From the NCBI GenBank assembly GCA_051955985.1, contig JBQCGD010000071.1, positions 27,036 to 91,035 of the forward strand: 64,000 nucleotides of DNA. Direction: 5' to 3'. Shown one piece after another: positions 46,202 through 55,703 of the stretch (position 1 is the first letter of the stretch; each line of letters opens with the position of its first letter). Position numbers and translations under genes: made by a program. The stretch is from Phycisphaerae bacterium. Lineage in GTDB: Bacteria; Planctomycetota; Phycisphaerae; WQYP01. The notes below the pieces were generated by a model. That model had not been told where the DNA came from. It ran no database searches and was given only the letters and a program-made list of their open reading frames with translations.

Positions 46202-47482
46202 ATGGACCGTTATACTTTCCATGGAGCATGTCCAGGGGTCTTTAGGACCGAAACGAACATGGCACGAAACACGGAAATACCCAGGAATGGGGCACTGTCG
46301 GCACTTCGGAAAGGGCCGGTTACCGTCGAGGAGAACGGCGGATTCGGCGGCGCGCAGGATGAGTCGCGCTGGTCGGACGACGCTCAGCATTTGTTGAAGA
46401 CACCGGGGGCGTATGAGTGGTGGTATTTCCACGGGATATCGGCGGAGGGGAACGGGGTGATTTTCGCGGCGTTTGAGGGGCTTCCGTTCCGGCCGCCGCA
46501 GTTGCGGTCGAATCGTCGTTCGACGGCGTCGTCATTTGAGAAGCGGAGCCCGACGGCGGGGGGCGTGGCTTCGCCGGCGGCGTACATGGCGGTGTACCAA
46601 GGGGGGAAGAAGATTGCGCAATTTTTGAATGTGTATCCGACGGAGTCGCAGGCGGGGCGTGCGGGGGACATTCGCATTGGTCCGAACCGGATCATGTTCC
46701 GGGCGGACGGGTCGATCGGGATATCGGCGAAGGGGTATCCGTACGACGTGGTGCGAGGGCGGCCGCGGCATCGGTCGGACCGGGTGCTGGCGGCGCAACT
46801 GGATTTCACGCCGTCGTTTCCGGTGGCGCCGCATCACCGGGCATTTCGCGGGCCGAACGAAAACGGGGCGATGCATCACTGGATCCTGTCGTCGCCGCAC
46901 GGGGAGTTGACGGGAGCGGTGCAACTGGTGGATTCGCGGGAAAACAGCAGCGTGCTGGACGTGCAGATCGCGACGACGGGTTATCACGATTACGTGTACG
47001 GGCAGGGGGATCTTGCGGACGGCATCAGCAAGCAGATGTGGGGGTTTTTGCAGGGGGAGACGTGGACGGCGGTGTGGCACCAGACGATGTACCGGCACAC
47101 CAATGACCATGCGAACGGGCTGGTGCTGTTTGAGAAGGGGAAGAAGTCGGTGATCGTGGAGGCACCGGAGTCGAAGCTGGGCAATTTCCAGGTGGGCAAG
47201 TGGCTGACGCGGTATCCGGGGAGCATCGTGATGCACGGGGCGGACGAGAAGGGGCGTCCGGCGGAGCTGGTGTTGAAGCATGAGGGGCTGCTGGACGGTG
47301 CGCCGTTTCACACGGGGCTGTCGGCAAGCGGGACGCTGACGATTCCGGGTCGCGGGTCGTACACGGGGTCGGGGGCGTCGCACTCGCTGCAGTTGCGGCG
47401 GCTGCGGTGGCCCATTCTGTCGGACATGACGCTGCTGGCGATCATGCAGGTGCAGCGGGACGATCCGCTGTGGCAGCAGTGA
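46202..47482 (+). CDS. CrtC/AttH-like (hydroxyneurosporene synthase family) protein
   Basis: GAYEWWYFHGISAEG resembles CrtC N-terminal motif; start 46202 or 46259. Confidence 0.45.
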   Translation: MDRYTFHGACPGVFRTETNMARNTEIPRNGALSALRKGPVTVEENGGFGGAQDESRWSDDAQHLLKTPGAYEWWYFHGISAEGNGVIFAAFEGLPFRPPQLRSNRRSTASSFEKRSPTAGGVASPAAYMAVYQGGKKIAQFLNVYPTESQAGRAGDIRIGPNRIMFRADGSIGISAKGYPYDVVRGRPRHRSDRVLAAQLDFTPSFPVAPHHRAFRGPNENGAMHHWILSSPHGELTGAVQLVDSRENSSVLDVQIATTGYHDYVYGQGDLADGISKQMWGFLQGETWTAVWHQTMYRHTNDHANGLVLFEKGKKSVIVEAPESKLGNFQVGKWLTRYPGSIVMHGADEKGRPAELVLKHEGLLDGAPFHTGLSASGTLTIPGRGSYTGSGASHSLQLRRLRWPILSDMTLLAIMQVQRDDPLWQQ

Positions 47483-47574
47483 CGGGGAGAGAGGGTGGTT
47501 GGGGCGGGTGCTTTCCATGGGCATGGTGGTTGCATAGGATTCCCCTCCTTGGCGGTTGTGTCGGGAGGTGAAGC

Positions 47575-48051
47575 GTGGGTTTGAGCACGGCGTATCGGGT
47601 GATGCTGTTGGGTGCAGGGTTGATGGGGGCGGCGACGTTCGCGGGATGCGCGGCGGCGGGGTTTGCGGGGGATTTCATCGGGGGGACTTATGACGCGACG
47701 CAGCAGTTGTTCCAGGCGGGGAAGGCGGACACGTACGTGAATGCCAACTGGCAGGACGTGGTGGCGGCGATGCGTGCGGCGTCGGACAAGCTGATGCTGC
47801 ATGCGGTGAAGGAGCATGCGCATCCGGAGCAGTTGAAGGTGGTGCTGCAGGATGACCGGAAGCAGGATGTGACGATCACGATCGTGCGGCGGACGAACAC
47901 GATGACGGAGCTGCACGTGGATGTGGGGCTGCTGGGGCCGGAGGGGCTGGGGCGGCTGGTGCTGCGGGAGATTGCGCACGAGCTGCGGGACGCGATGACG
48001 GACCACCGGCTGGATCCGGACGAAGAGACGCCGCCGGCGACGCGCAAGTGA
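47575..48051 (+). CDS. small lipoprotein (DUF3568-like)
   Basis: Lipobox FAGCAAAG after LLGAGLMGAATF; GTG start. Confidence 0.45.
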   Translation: MGLSTAYRVMLLGAGLMGAATFAGCAAAGFAGDFIGGTYDATQQLFQAGKADTYVNANWQDVVAAMRAASDKLMLHAVKEHAHPEQLKVVLQDDRKQDVTITIVRRTNTMTELHVDVGLLGPEGLGRLVLREIAHELRDAMTDHRLDPDEETPPATRK

Positions 48052-48087
48052 GTTTCGCGCGGGGCGTGCCGGGCGAGTGGTGGGGGG

Positions 48088-48663
48088 TTACATGCCCATG
48101 TCGGTTTTGGTGAGGATGGGTTCGTAGGCGACGTTGGGAGCGGCCTGGAGGATGTTGTCTTTGCCGCCTTCGAGGCGGTCGAGGGCGACGATGACCTTGG
48201 TGACTTTGGCGCCGGCTTCGGTGATGTTTTTGATGGCTTCGATGACCTGGCCGCCGGTGGTGACGATGTCTTCGACGAGGACGACGTGGTCGCCTTTTTC
48301 GAGTTTGCCTTCGATGGTTTTGCTGGTGCCGTAGTCTTTCTTGGCGTTGCGGACGATGAAGAAGGGGAGGCGGGAGGCGAGGGAGGCGGAGGCGGCGAGG
48401 GCGACGGCGCCGAGTTCAGGGCCGGCGATGCGGGTGGTGCCGGCGGGGAGGCGTTTGGCGATTTCGCGGCCCATGGCTTCGAGGATGTCGGGCTGGGTTT
48501 CGAAGAGGTATTTGTCGAAGTAGAACTTGGATTTTTTGCCGGAGCGGAGGGTGAAATCGCCTTCGAGGAGGGCGACTTCCTTGACGCGTTTGGCGAGGGC
48601 GGGGTGGTCCACTTTGAGAACTCCAGAAACTGAAAAGGTCGAAGGTAAATACTTTGCGATCAA
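48088..48663 (-). CDS. pyrE: orotate phosphoribosyltransferase
   Basis: GDFTLRSGKKSKFYFD, PRPP motif VVLVEDIVTTGGQ; TTG start overlapping accA stop. Confidence 0.75.
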   Translation of the reverse strand: MIAKYLPSTFSVSGVLKVDHPALAKRVKEVALLEGDFTLRSGKKSKFYFDKYLFETQPDILEAMGREIAKRLPAGTTRIAGPELGAVALAASASLASRLPFFIVRNAKKDYGTSKTIEGKLEKGDHVVLVEDIVTTGGQVIEAIKNITEAGAKVTKVIVALDRLEGGKDNILQAAPNVAYEPILTKTDMGM

Positions 48664-49649
48664 ACTGCAACGGCGTCTGTGCCGAGTTTGCGGATTCGGT
48701 CGTAGCGGTGGTCGGTGAGTTTTTCGACGGGGATGCGTTTTAATTCGCGGAGGGTTTTATCGATGTAGCGTTCGAGGGCGTCGGCGGCGGCGCGGGGGTT
48801 TCGGTGGGCGGCGCCGAGGGGTTCTTCGATGATTTCGTCGATGATGTTGAGTTCTTTGAGGTGTTTGCTGGTGAGCTTTAAGGCTTCGGCGGCTTCGGGG
48901 GCGTTTTTGCCGTCTTTCCAGAGGATGCCGGAGCAGCCTTCGGGGGAGATGACGGAGTACCAGGCGTACTGCAGCATGGCGAGCCGGTCGCCGACGCCGA
49001 TGCCGAGTGCGCCGCCGGAGCCGCCTTCGCCGATGACGATGCAGACGATGGGGACCTTGAGGCGGGCCATTTCGCGGAGGTTGACGGCGATGGCTTCTGC
49101 GACGCCGCGTTCTTCGGAGCCGATGCCGGGGTAGGCGCCGGGGGTATCGATGAAGGTGACGATGGGGAGGCCGAACTTTTCGGCGAATTCCATTTTCTGG
49201 AGCGCCTTGCGGTAGCCTTCGGGGTGGGCGCAGCCGAAGTTGCAGGCGATTTTTTCCTTGGTATCGCGGCCCTTGTGGTGGCCGACGACCATGACCTTGT
49301 GGCCGCCGATGCGGCCCATGCCGGTGACGATGGTTTTGTCGTCGCCGAAGGTGCGGTCGCCGTGGAGTTCGTCGAAGTCCTTGACGATCATTTCGATGTA
49401 GTCGCGGGTCTGGGGGCGTGCGGGGTGGCGGGCGACCTGGACGGTTTCCCAGGCGGATAGGTTCTGGTAGGTCTTTTTGAGCAGCGCGGTGAGGTTCTGG
49501 CGGAGGGAGTTGATCTCGGCGGCGTAGTCGGCGCCCTTGGTTTCCTGGAGGGCGACGAGGTCGGCGATCTGGCGTTCGAGGGCGAGGATGGGTTTCTCGA
49601 ACTCGAGGGGCATGACGGCGGTTTTGGCTTTGGGTTCTTCTTTGGCCAT
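48660..49649 (-). CDS. accA: acetyl-CoA carboxylase carboxyltransferase alpha subunit
   Basis: RHPARPQTRDYI, FIDTPGAYPGIGSEERG, IVIGEGGSGGAL; start at ATG 49649. Confidence 0.85.
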   Translation of the reverse strand: MAKEEPKAKTAVMPLEFEKPILALERQIADLVALQETKGADYAAEINSLRQNLTALLKKTYQNLSAWETVQVARHPARPQTRDYIEMIVKDFDELHGDRTFGDDKTIVTGMGRIGGHKVMVVGHHKGRDTKEKIACNFGCAHPEGYRKALQKMEFAEKFGLPIVTFIDTPGAYPGIGSEERGVAEAIAVNLREMARLKVPIVCIVIGEGGSGGALGIGVGDRLAMLQYAWYSVISPEGCSGILWKDGKNAPEAAEALKLTSKHLKELNIIDEIIEEPLGAAHRNPRAAADALERYIDKTLRELKRIPVEKLTDHRYDRIRKLGTDAVAV

Positions 49650-49940
49650 GGGAATCTCCATTCGCAAACGCGGCATCCTGCCGGGGGAACAGGTGGGGAT
49701 TGTAGCAGATCGGGGCGGGGGAAGGTGATCTTCGGGTGCGCCGGATGGCCCAAAGAGAGGCAAAAAGTGCACCGGTTTTGGCTCTAAATGCAAGTCTTCC
49801 ACATTGTAAGAACCCGGTGAGAGGCATAAGTTGGGGGCATCGCTTTTCCGCGGAGCGACTCTTCATTTCACCGGCGCGGACGAGACAGCGCTTCGTCACA
49901 TTTCTTTGCAGGCTGGCCCGACGTCTATTTGGAGGTTGGT

Positions 49941-50801
49941 ATGCAGATCCGGAAACGGGCATTTACGCTCATCGAGTTGTTGGTGGTAGTGGCGATCATC
50001 GCCGTGCTCATCGCGATTCTCCTGCCGTCGCTGGGCAAAGCGCGGGACCGGGCGAAGACGACGGTGTGCGCGGGGAACCTGCGTTCATGGAACCAGGTGA
50101 TGACCATCTATCAGAGTTTGTACGACGGGTACCAGGTGCCGTGCCGGATGTATTCGGGAAGTGCGACGAACTGGGGATGGTACGGTGCAAGTTTGATAGG
50201 ACCGTCGATGGGTCTGAACGTGACGAGCAGCAGTTCGAGCCAGTCGGCGACGAACCCGGGGTGGGCGCGGGACAAGATCTTGTCGATGCTGATGTGTCCG
50301 GCGGTGGTTCACCCGGACAACGTGCATCCGAAGGGGTGGTATGGCGGGTACACGTACAACCAGACGATGGGATACGGTCTGACCAAGGAGTCGGACGCCA
50401 ATGCTCACATGAAGCTGCAGTGGCAGGGCGTGAGCACGAACTATCCGGACGGCTGGAAGCCGGTGAAGCGGGATCTGCTGCCGCGGCATCAGCTCATCAT
50501 GATGGACGTGCGGAACATGACGAAGACGACGAGCGACAGCGACAATGCGTTTGCGAAGTTCACGGGGAGTTCGACGAACCTGTTGCCGCCGAACGGGACG
50601 GACCAGACGACGAACAAGGATGAAGCGGGGACGCCGCACTCGGATGGGAAGAAGGCGAACATGCTGTTTGCGGACGGGCAGGTGGTGTGTGACGATCCGC
50701 TGAAGATGTGGCCGGACATGAAGAACAACGCGACGAAGAAGGACTGGATTGTCGATCGGATGGTGGAGCCGACGGCAACGAACGCCGGCTTCCCATATTG
50801 A
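49941..50801 (+). CDS. prepilin-type N-terminal + H-X9-DG protein, paralog 2
   Basis: [39 protein letters not shown]; C-terminal [15 protein letters not shown]. Confidence 0.7.
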   Translation: MQIRKRAFTLIELLVVVAIIAVLIAILLPSLGKARDRAKTTVCAGNLRSWNQVMTIYQSLYDGYQVPCRMYSGSATNWGWYGASLIGPSMGLNVTSSSSSQSATNPGWARDKILSMLMCPAVVHPDNVHPKGWYGGYTYNQTMGYGLTKESDANAHMKLQWQGVSTNYPDGWKPVKRDLLPRHQLIMMDVRNMTKTTSDSDNAFAKFTGSSTNLLPPNGTDQTTNKDEAGTPHSDGKKANMLFADGQVVCDDPLKMWPDMKNNATKKDWIVDRMVEPTATNAGFPY

Positions 50802-50831
50802 TCTTCATCATCGTCGGAATGAAAGCAAAGA

Positions 50832-50858
50832 GGCTCCGCAATTGCGGGGCCTTTTTTA
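50832..50858 (+). terminator. intrinsic terminator after pseudopilin paralog 2
   Basis: GGCTCCGC-AATT-GCGGGGCC then TTTTTT. Confidence 0.55.
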
Positions 50859-51225
50859 TTCGGTATGTCGTGGGGGGTGGCCCCGCGAGCGAAGAATCAT
50901 AAGAAAGACTTAAGAGGAATTGGAACTATGGAGGGAGGGACGCGCGGGAGATCGGCGGAGAGGGAAGAACGTGCAGTATTCGGCGGGTTTTTGCAGGGGA
51001 TGGGGGGAGCGCTGCGCACTTTTGGCGGCGGAGATTGCACAAAACGGAGGCGAAAAGTGTACGTATTTTGGCCCTAAGTGCAATCTTTGCCCATTGTAAC
51101 AATGGCGATAGAGAACTAAGTTCAGTATGTCGCTTCTCCGCGGAGCGAACGTCAATTCATAACGCGGAAAAAGAGCACCTGGACGAAGTTGTTTTCAGTC
51201 GGTGCGGCGTACATTCGGAGGTTGT

Positions 51226-52086
51226 ATGAAGATGCAGAAACGAGCATTCACGCTCATCGAACTGCTGGTGGTGGTGGCGATTATTGCGGTGCTGATTGCG
51301 ATCCTGTTGCCGTCGCTGGGCAAGGCGCGGGATCGGGCGAAGCAGACGGCGTGTGCGTCGAACGTGCGGTCGCTGTGGGGCGGCATCAACAACTATGCGG
51401 CGGAATGGGATGGCTACATTCTTCCGGCGCGTTTGAAGGGCGGGAGCACGCAAAGCTGGATCTGGTCGGGTGTGGATGTGCTCGGGCCGGAGTTCGGGAT
51501 GGGCCGGGGCGTGGTGAGCAATGGGACTTACCAGGCACAGCAGTACGAGAAGATCAACGCGATGCTGCACTGCCCGGCAATGCCGACGTATGGCGATCCG
51601 CTGTCGGTTGCAAATGGCACCATCCAGGGGGTTGTGGCGGATTACACGTACAACCAGAATCTCGGCGATGGCGGAAATGTGCTGACGACGTCGCCGCTGG
51701 TCTACAAATTCCCCTTCCGGCGGCTGGGCGACCTGCGGCCGGACATCCTGGTGATGACCGAGCTGCACCCGCCGGTGGAGCGTGGGAAGAACGACTGGTC
51801 GTTTGACAACATCCAGCGCCTGCTGACGCTGCAAAGCCCGGCGGACGCCTCGAACCACGGCACGACGCCGATGGCGGGCACTCCGCACGGCGGCGGGACC
51901 ACGGCCAACATGCTGTTCACGGATGGAAGCATCGTGTGTGACCGGCCCAACCGGATGTCGATTCCGCCGGCCCCGACTTCGCCGCCGTACGCGACGAATG
52001 GCTCGCTTACGAAGACCCTGGATTACCTGTTGAAGCCCGATGTTGCCGACGGCACGAACGGCCCCAACCCGTACAACCACCAGTAA
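51226..52086 (+). CDS. prepilin-type N-terminal + H-X9-DG protein, paralog 3
   Basis: [39 protein letters not shown] identical leader to paralog 2; C-terminal [15 protein letters not shown]. Confidence 0.7.
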   Translation: MKMQKRAFTLIELLVVVAIIAVLIAILLPSLGKARDRAKQTACASNVRSLWGGINNYAAEWDGYILPARLKGGSTQSWIWSGVDVLGPEFGMGRGVVSNGTYQAQQYEKINAMLHCPAMPTYGDPLSVANGTIQGVVADYTYNQNLGDGGNVLTTSPLVYKFPFRRLGDLRPDILVMTELHPPVERGKNDWSFDNIQRLLTLQSPADASNHGTTPMAGTPHGGGTTANMLFTDGSIVCDRPNRMSIPPAPTSPPYATNGSLTKTLDYLLKPDVADGTNGPNPYNHQ

Positions 52087-52109
52087 CGAGCGCAAACGGT
52101 TAAAAAACA

Positions 52110-52144
52110 AAGAGGAGCGGCTTCGGCTGCTCCTCTTTTTTTTG
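52110..52144. terminator. bidirectional intrinsic terminator (pseudopilin paralog 3 / cysS)
   Basis: AAGAGGAGC-loop-GCTCCTCTT flanked by A-run upstream and T-run downstream. Confidence 0.6.
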
Positions 52145-52166
52145 CGGATGGTTCAGGCGGGGGTCT

Positions 52167-53831
52167 TCAACCGGGGGGCAGGGGCGCGAGGCGGGGGCGC
52201 CAGTTGGAGCCGGTGGGGGTGTCTTTGACTTCGACGCCGAGGGCGGTGAGCTGTTTGCGGAGCTCGTCGGATTGGGGCCAGTCCTTGGCGGCGCGGGCGT
52301 GGGCGCGCTGGGTCATGAGGGCTTCGATTTTGGCGGTGGTTTCAACATCGAGGCCGCGGAGAGGGGGGAAGATGACGGCGAGGACGTGATCGATTTTTTT
52401 GAGGGTGGCGAGGGCGCTGCGGGCCTGGGGGAAGGGGATTTTCTTTTGCTTGGTCAGGGGGGCTTCCCAGGAGTGGAGCAGGCCGAGGGCGGCGGCGATG
52501 TTGAGGTCGTCGTCCATGGCGGCGGCGAATTCGTCGAGGAGCTTTTGATCAGGAGCGGAGAGCTCGGGGTCCGGGGTCTGGGTCCCGGGGTCCGGGTGCA
52601 GGATGGAATGGCCCGCGGCTTCGTCGATGCTTGCGACGGTCGTTTGCAGCTTTTCGGCGAGGTCGCGCAGGCGGCCGAGGGCGCTGGCGGCGTCGTGGAG
52701 GCCCTGGAGGGAGAAGTTCATCGACTCGCGGTAGCGGGTGTTGATGAGGGCGAGGCGGATGGCGAGGGGGTCGAACCCCCCCCCGCCTTTCTGGACCAGG
52801 TCGCGGATGGCAAAGAAGTTGCCCTTGGATTTGGACATTTTCTGGCCATCGACCATGAGGTGGCGGGTGTGCATCCAGAACTGGGAGAATTTTTTGCCGG
52901 TGGCGGCTTCGGACTGTGCGATCTCGCATTCGTGGTGGGGGAAGATGTTGTCTTCGCCGCCGGTGTGGATATCGATGGAGGGTCCGAGGAGGCTGGTGGC
53001 CATGGCGCTGCACTCGATATGCCAGCCGGGGTAGCCGGTGCCCCAGGGGGAGGGCCATTTCATGATGTGGCGTTCGTCGGGTTTCCAGAGGAAGAAGTCA
53101 GCGGGGTGTTTTTTGGCGGCGGAATCGGCGGTGCGACCGCCGGCGCCGTGGGAGAGTTGTTCGACGGAGTTGCCGGAGAGTTTGCCGTAGGAGGGGAAGG
53201 AGGCGACGTTGTAGTAGACGACGCCGTCTGGGGCGAGGTAGGCGTGGTTGTTTTGGAGGAGGGTGTCGATCATGGAGATGAAGGGCTGGATGAAGCGGGT
53301 GGGGCGGGGCATGATGGCGTTTTTGGGGCGGAATTCAGAATTCAGAATTCGGGATTCAGAAGTGTCGGAGTCGGGGGCGGCGTCGTAGTCCTGGACGATT
53401 TCGAGCTGGAGCGCGCGGGCGTCGTTGAGGAAGGCGTCGACGAAGAACTGGGCGACTTCGTAGGGGTCGTCGGGGTTTTCGACGAGGGCCTTGCCTTGTT
53501 TTTTGGATTCTTTTTTGAGGTTTTCGCCGGCCTTGGTCATTTTGTCTTCGCCGGTGGCATCGGCGAGGGCGTCGTCGGTCATGTGGCCGACGTCGGTCAT
53601 GTTCATGACGTGGCGGACTTTTGCGCCGCGGAATTCGAGGTAGCGGCGGAGGAGGTCGGCGAAGAGGAACGCGCGGAAGTTGCCGATGTGGGCGTAGTCG
53701 TAGACGGTGGGGCCGCAGGTGTAGAGTTTGATGGTGCTGCCGGCGAGGGGGTTCTGGGGATCGGGTCCGGGCTGGAGGGGCGTGAAGGTTTGGAGTTCGT
53801 GGGCGAGGGTGTTGTAGAAGCGCGTGGGCAT
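52167..53831 (-). CDS. cysS: cysteine--tRNA ligase
   Basis: HIGN (HIGH-type) and KMSKSKGN motifs, zinc Cys, anticodon-binding C-terminus; extra inserts relative to E. coli CysS. Confidence 0.85.
   Translation of the reverse strand: MPTRFYNTLAHELQTFTPLQPGPDPQNPLAGSTIKLYTCGPTVYDYAHIGNFRAFLFADLLRRYLEFRGAKVRHVMNMTDVGHMTDDALADATGEDKMTKAGENLKKESKKQGKALVENPDDPYEVAQFFVDAFLNDARALQLEIVQDYDAAPDSDTSESRILNSEFRPKNAIMPRPTRFIQPFISMIDTLLQNNHAYLAPDGVVYYNVASFPSYGKLSGNSVEQLSHGAGGRTADSAAKKHPADFFLWKPDERHIMKWPSPWGTGYPGWHIECSAMATSLLGPSIDIHTGGEDNIFPHHECEIAQSEAATGKKFSQFWMHTRHLMVDGQKMSKSKGNFFAIRDLVQKGGGGFDPLAIRLALINTRYRESMNFSLQGLHDAASALGRLRDLAEKLQTTVASIDEAAGHSILHPDPGTQTPDPELSAPDQKLLDEFAAAMDDDLNIAAALGLLHSWEAPLTKQKKIPFPQARSALATLKKIDHVLAVIFPPLRGLDVETTAKIEALMTQRAHARAAKDWPQSDELRKQLTALGVEVKDTPTGSNWRPRLAPLPPG
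53331..53370. repeat. family-D AT-rich tandem repeat GAATTCAGAATTCAGAATTCGGGATTCAGAAG (inside cysS coding, in frame)
   Basis: Low-GC tandem hexamer-like units; encodes ESRILNSEF within a CysS insertion. Confidence 0.5.
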
Positions 53832-53957
53832 GCGGAGGTCCTGTGTGGGCGGTTTTGCAGCGGGGAATTGTAGGGCGCGAGGGGGCGGGTGGGTAGGGGA
53901 GGGGCTCCCGTGGGAGGAGCGGCGCGGGAGGGGCGTGTGGGCGCGCGGCGGCGGAGG

Positions 53958-54770
53958 TCAGATGTGGCGGAAGAGTTCCTTGAGGAGTTTGTGCTCGAGG
54001 TTGGGATCGTGGCCGACGACGTACCAGGTGGGGGAGATGTTTTTGGTGACGGCGGGGGTGTAATCGGAGCGGAGGGAGACCTGTGCGCGGCCGAAGCCGG
54101 AGCCTTCGACGAAGACGGGACCGCCGATGGTTTCGATGGGGTTGTTCTGGCGTTCGACGAGGACCTCGATGGCGATTTCGTAGAAGTCGGGTTTGTCGGG
54201 GACCTTGGAGATGGAGAGGCGCACGGTGCGCTGCTGCATGTTGATGGTGTTTTCCATGGCGTTTTTGAAGGTAGTCTGCTCGGGCTTCCAGGGTTCGACG
54301 AACTGGGCGCTGGGGAGCGGCTGGGTGGTGAGGATGCCGAGGCGGTAGTCTTTGCGGTCGAGGCGGAAGCCGCAGTCGGTGAGGAGTTTCATGGCCTGCT
54401 GCCAGATGTTGTCGTAGGAGGCGTGGTAGATGTAACGGGAGGTCTGGTTGGGGTTGATCACCTTGACGACGAGGTGTTCGCCGGGGTGGGCGGGTTCGGT
54501 GGCGGCGGGCTCGGTGCTGGGCTGGGTGGTGGGTTTGAAGGGCTGGGTGCTGGAGAGGAGGGGGGCGAGTTCGGGGATGGCCTGGCCTTCGGCGATTTGC
54601 GTGGTGGCGACGGCGGGGGCGGTGCTGGCGGACTGGGTGGCCGGCTGGGTGCCGGGGGCATCGGGGACCCACATCTCGACGCGGCGGATGGGCTGGATGG
54701 GCTGGATGTTGGAGGTGCAGCCGGCGAGCGCAACGGAGGCGACAGCGAGGGTGAGGAGGAGCTTGTTCAT
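53958..54770 (-). CDS. lipoprotein of unknown function
   Basis: MNKLLLTLAVASVALAGCTSN lipobox; ATG 54770; 5' part of track ORF 53958..55421 is artefact overlapping motB-like gene. Confidence 0.45.
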   Translation of the reverse strand: MNKLLLTLAVASVALAGCTSNIQPIQPIRRVEMWVPDAPGTQPATQSASTAPAVATTQIAEGQAIPELAPLLSSTQPFKPTTQPSTEPAATEPAHPGEHLVVKVINPNQTSRYIYHASYDNIWQQAMKLLTDCGFRLDRKDYRLGILTTQPLPSAQFVEPWKPEQTTFKNAMENTINMQQRTVRLSISKVPDKPDFYEIAIEVLVERQNNPIETIGGPVFVEGSGFGRAQVSLRSDYTPAVTKNISPTWYVVGHDPNLEHKLLKELFRHI

Positions 54771-54840
54771 GGGGGGGATTGTAACGGGTTGGCGAGCGGC
54801 GGGCGAGGTGGGCGGCGGGGGGAATGGCGGAGTTTCGGGA

Positions 54841-55626
54841 TTACTCCGGTTCCTTCGATGTCGGGGCGGTGGCGGGCTGGTCGGGGGAGACGGTGGGGGT
54901 GGGGGCGAAATCGCTGGCGGTGGCTTCGGTGGTGAAGACTTCGACGCGGCGGTTTTCGCGGAGGCTGGCGGCATCGTAGACGCCGGTGCGGAGCGGCTCG
55001 AAGGCGCCGCAGGCGACCGGGCGCATGGTGCGCTGATCGATTTCGTCTTTTGTGAGCTCGCGGATGACGGCCATGGCGCGCTGGTAGGAGAGGGAGAGGC
55101 CCTGGGGGTCGTCAGGGCGGAGGGAGAGTTCGTCGGCGGAGACGTGGCCCTTGACCATGAGGACGAGGTTGAGGCCGCGGACGCGGTCGGCGATCTGGTG
55201 GATGGTGTCGATGGCCTCTGGGGAGAGCTTGGTTTGGCCGGCGTCGAAGATGATTTTTCCGCCGGTGACGTTGTCCTTGCCCATGCGGATGGTCTGGACT
55301 TCGAGGTTGGCGCCGTCGGCGCCTTTGCTGGTTTTCTGGCTGGCGCCCTGGAGGGTGTCAACGGGGGGACCGGGGATGCCCTTGTAGCGTTTGTAGGCCT
55401 GGAGGAATTCGGGGTTGGCATCGGAGGGGGGTTCGTAGGAGGGGTCGAAGGTGGCCTTAATGGCGGCCATGGTGTCCATCTGCTGTTTTTCGCCGCCCTG
55501 TTTGAGGGCGTAGAGCACGACGAAGAAGGACATCATGAGGGTGACGAGGTCGGCGAAGGAGACGATCCACATGGGGGCGGATTCGCCTGCGGGCTCGGGG
55601 GCGGCGGCTTTTTTCTTCATGGCCAT
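54841..55626 (-). CDS. MotB/OmpA-family protein (stator B-subunit-like with peptidoglycan-binding C-terminus)
   Basis: PMWIVSFADLVTLMMSFFVVLYAL TM with conserved Asp, C-terminal OmpA-like domain. Confidence 0.65.
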   Translation of the reverse strand: MAMKKKAAAPEPAGESAPMWIVSFADLVTLMMSFFVVLYALKQGGEKQQMDTMAAIKATFDPSYEPPSDANPEFLQAYKRYKGIPGPPVDTLQGASQKTSKGADGANLEVQTIRMGKDNVTGGKIIFDAGQTKLSPEAIDTIHQIADRVRGLNLVLMVKGHVSADELSLRPDDPQGLSLSYQRAMAVIRELTKDEIDQRTMRPVACGAFEPLRTGVYDAASLRENRRVEVFTTEATASDFAPTPTVSPDQPATAPTSKEPE

Positions 55627-55641
55627 GGGGCACCGGAGGTC

Positions 55642-55669
55642 AATTCAGAATTCAGAGTTCAGAATTCAG
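55642..55669. repeat. family-D repeat AATTCAGAATTCAGAGTTCAGAATTCAG (intergenic motA/motB)
   Basis: Same unit as 53331..53370. Confidence 0.5.
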
Positions 55670-55703
55670 CGTGCGTTGGAGGCGCTCGTGAATCCAGGAC
55701 GGA

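Noticed and set aside
49770-49800. Possible sigma-54 promoter (TGGC...TGCA) in the conserved pseudopilin leaders
   Set aside because: The spacing between the GG and GC elements is 8 nt instead of the required 10. It was kept only as an unexplained conserved block.
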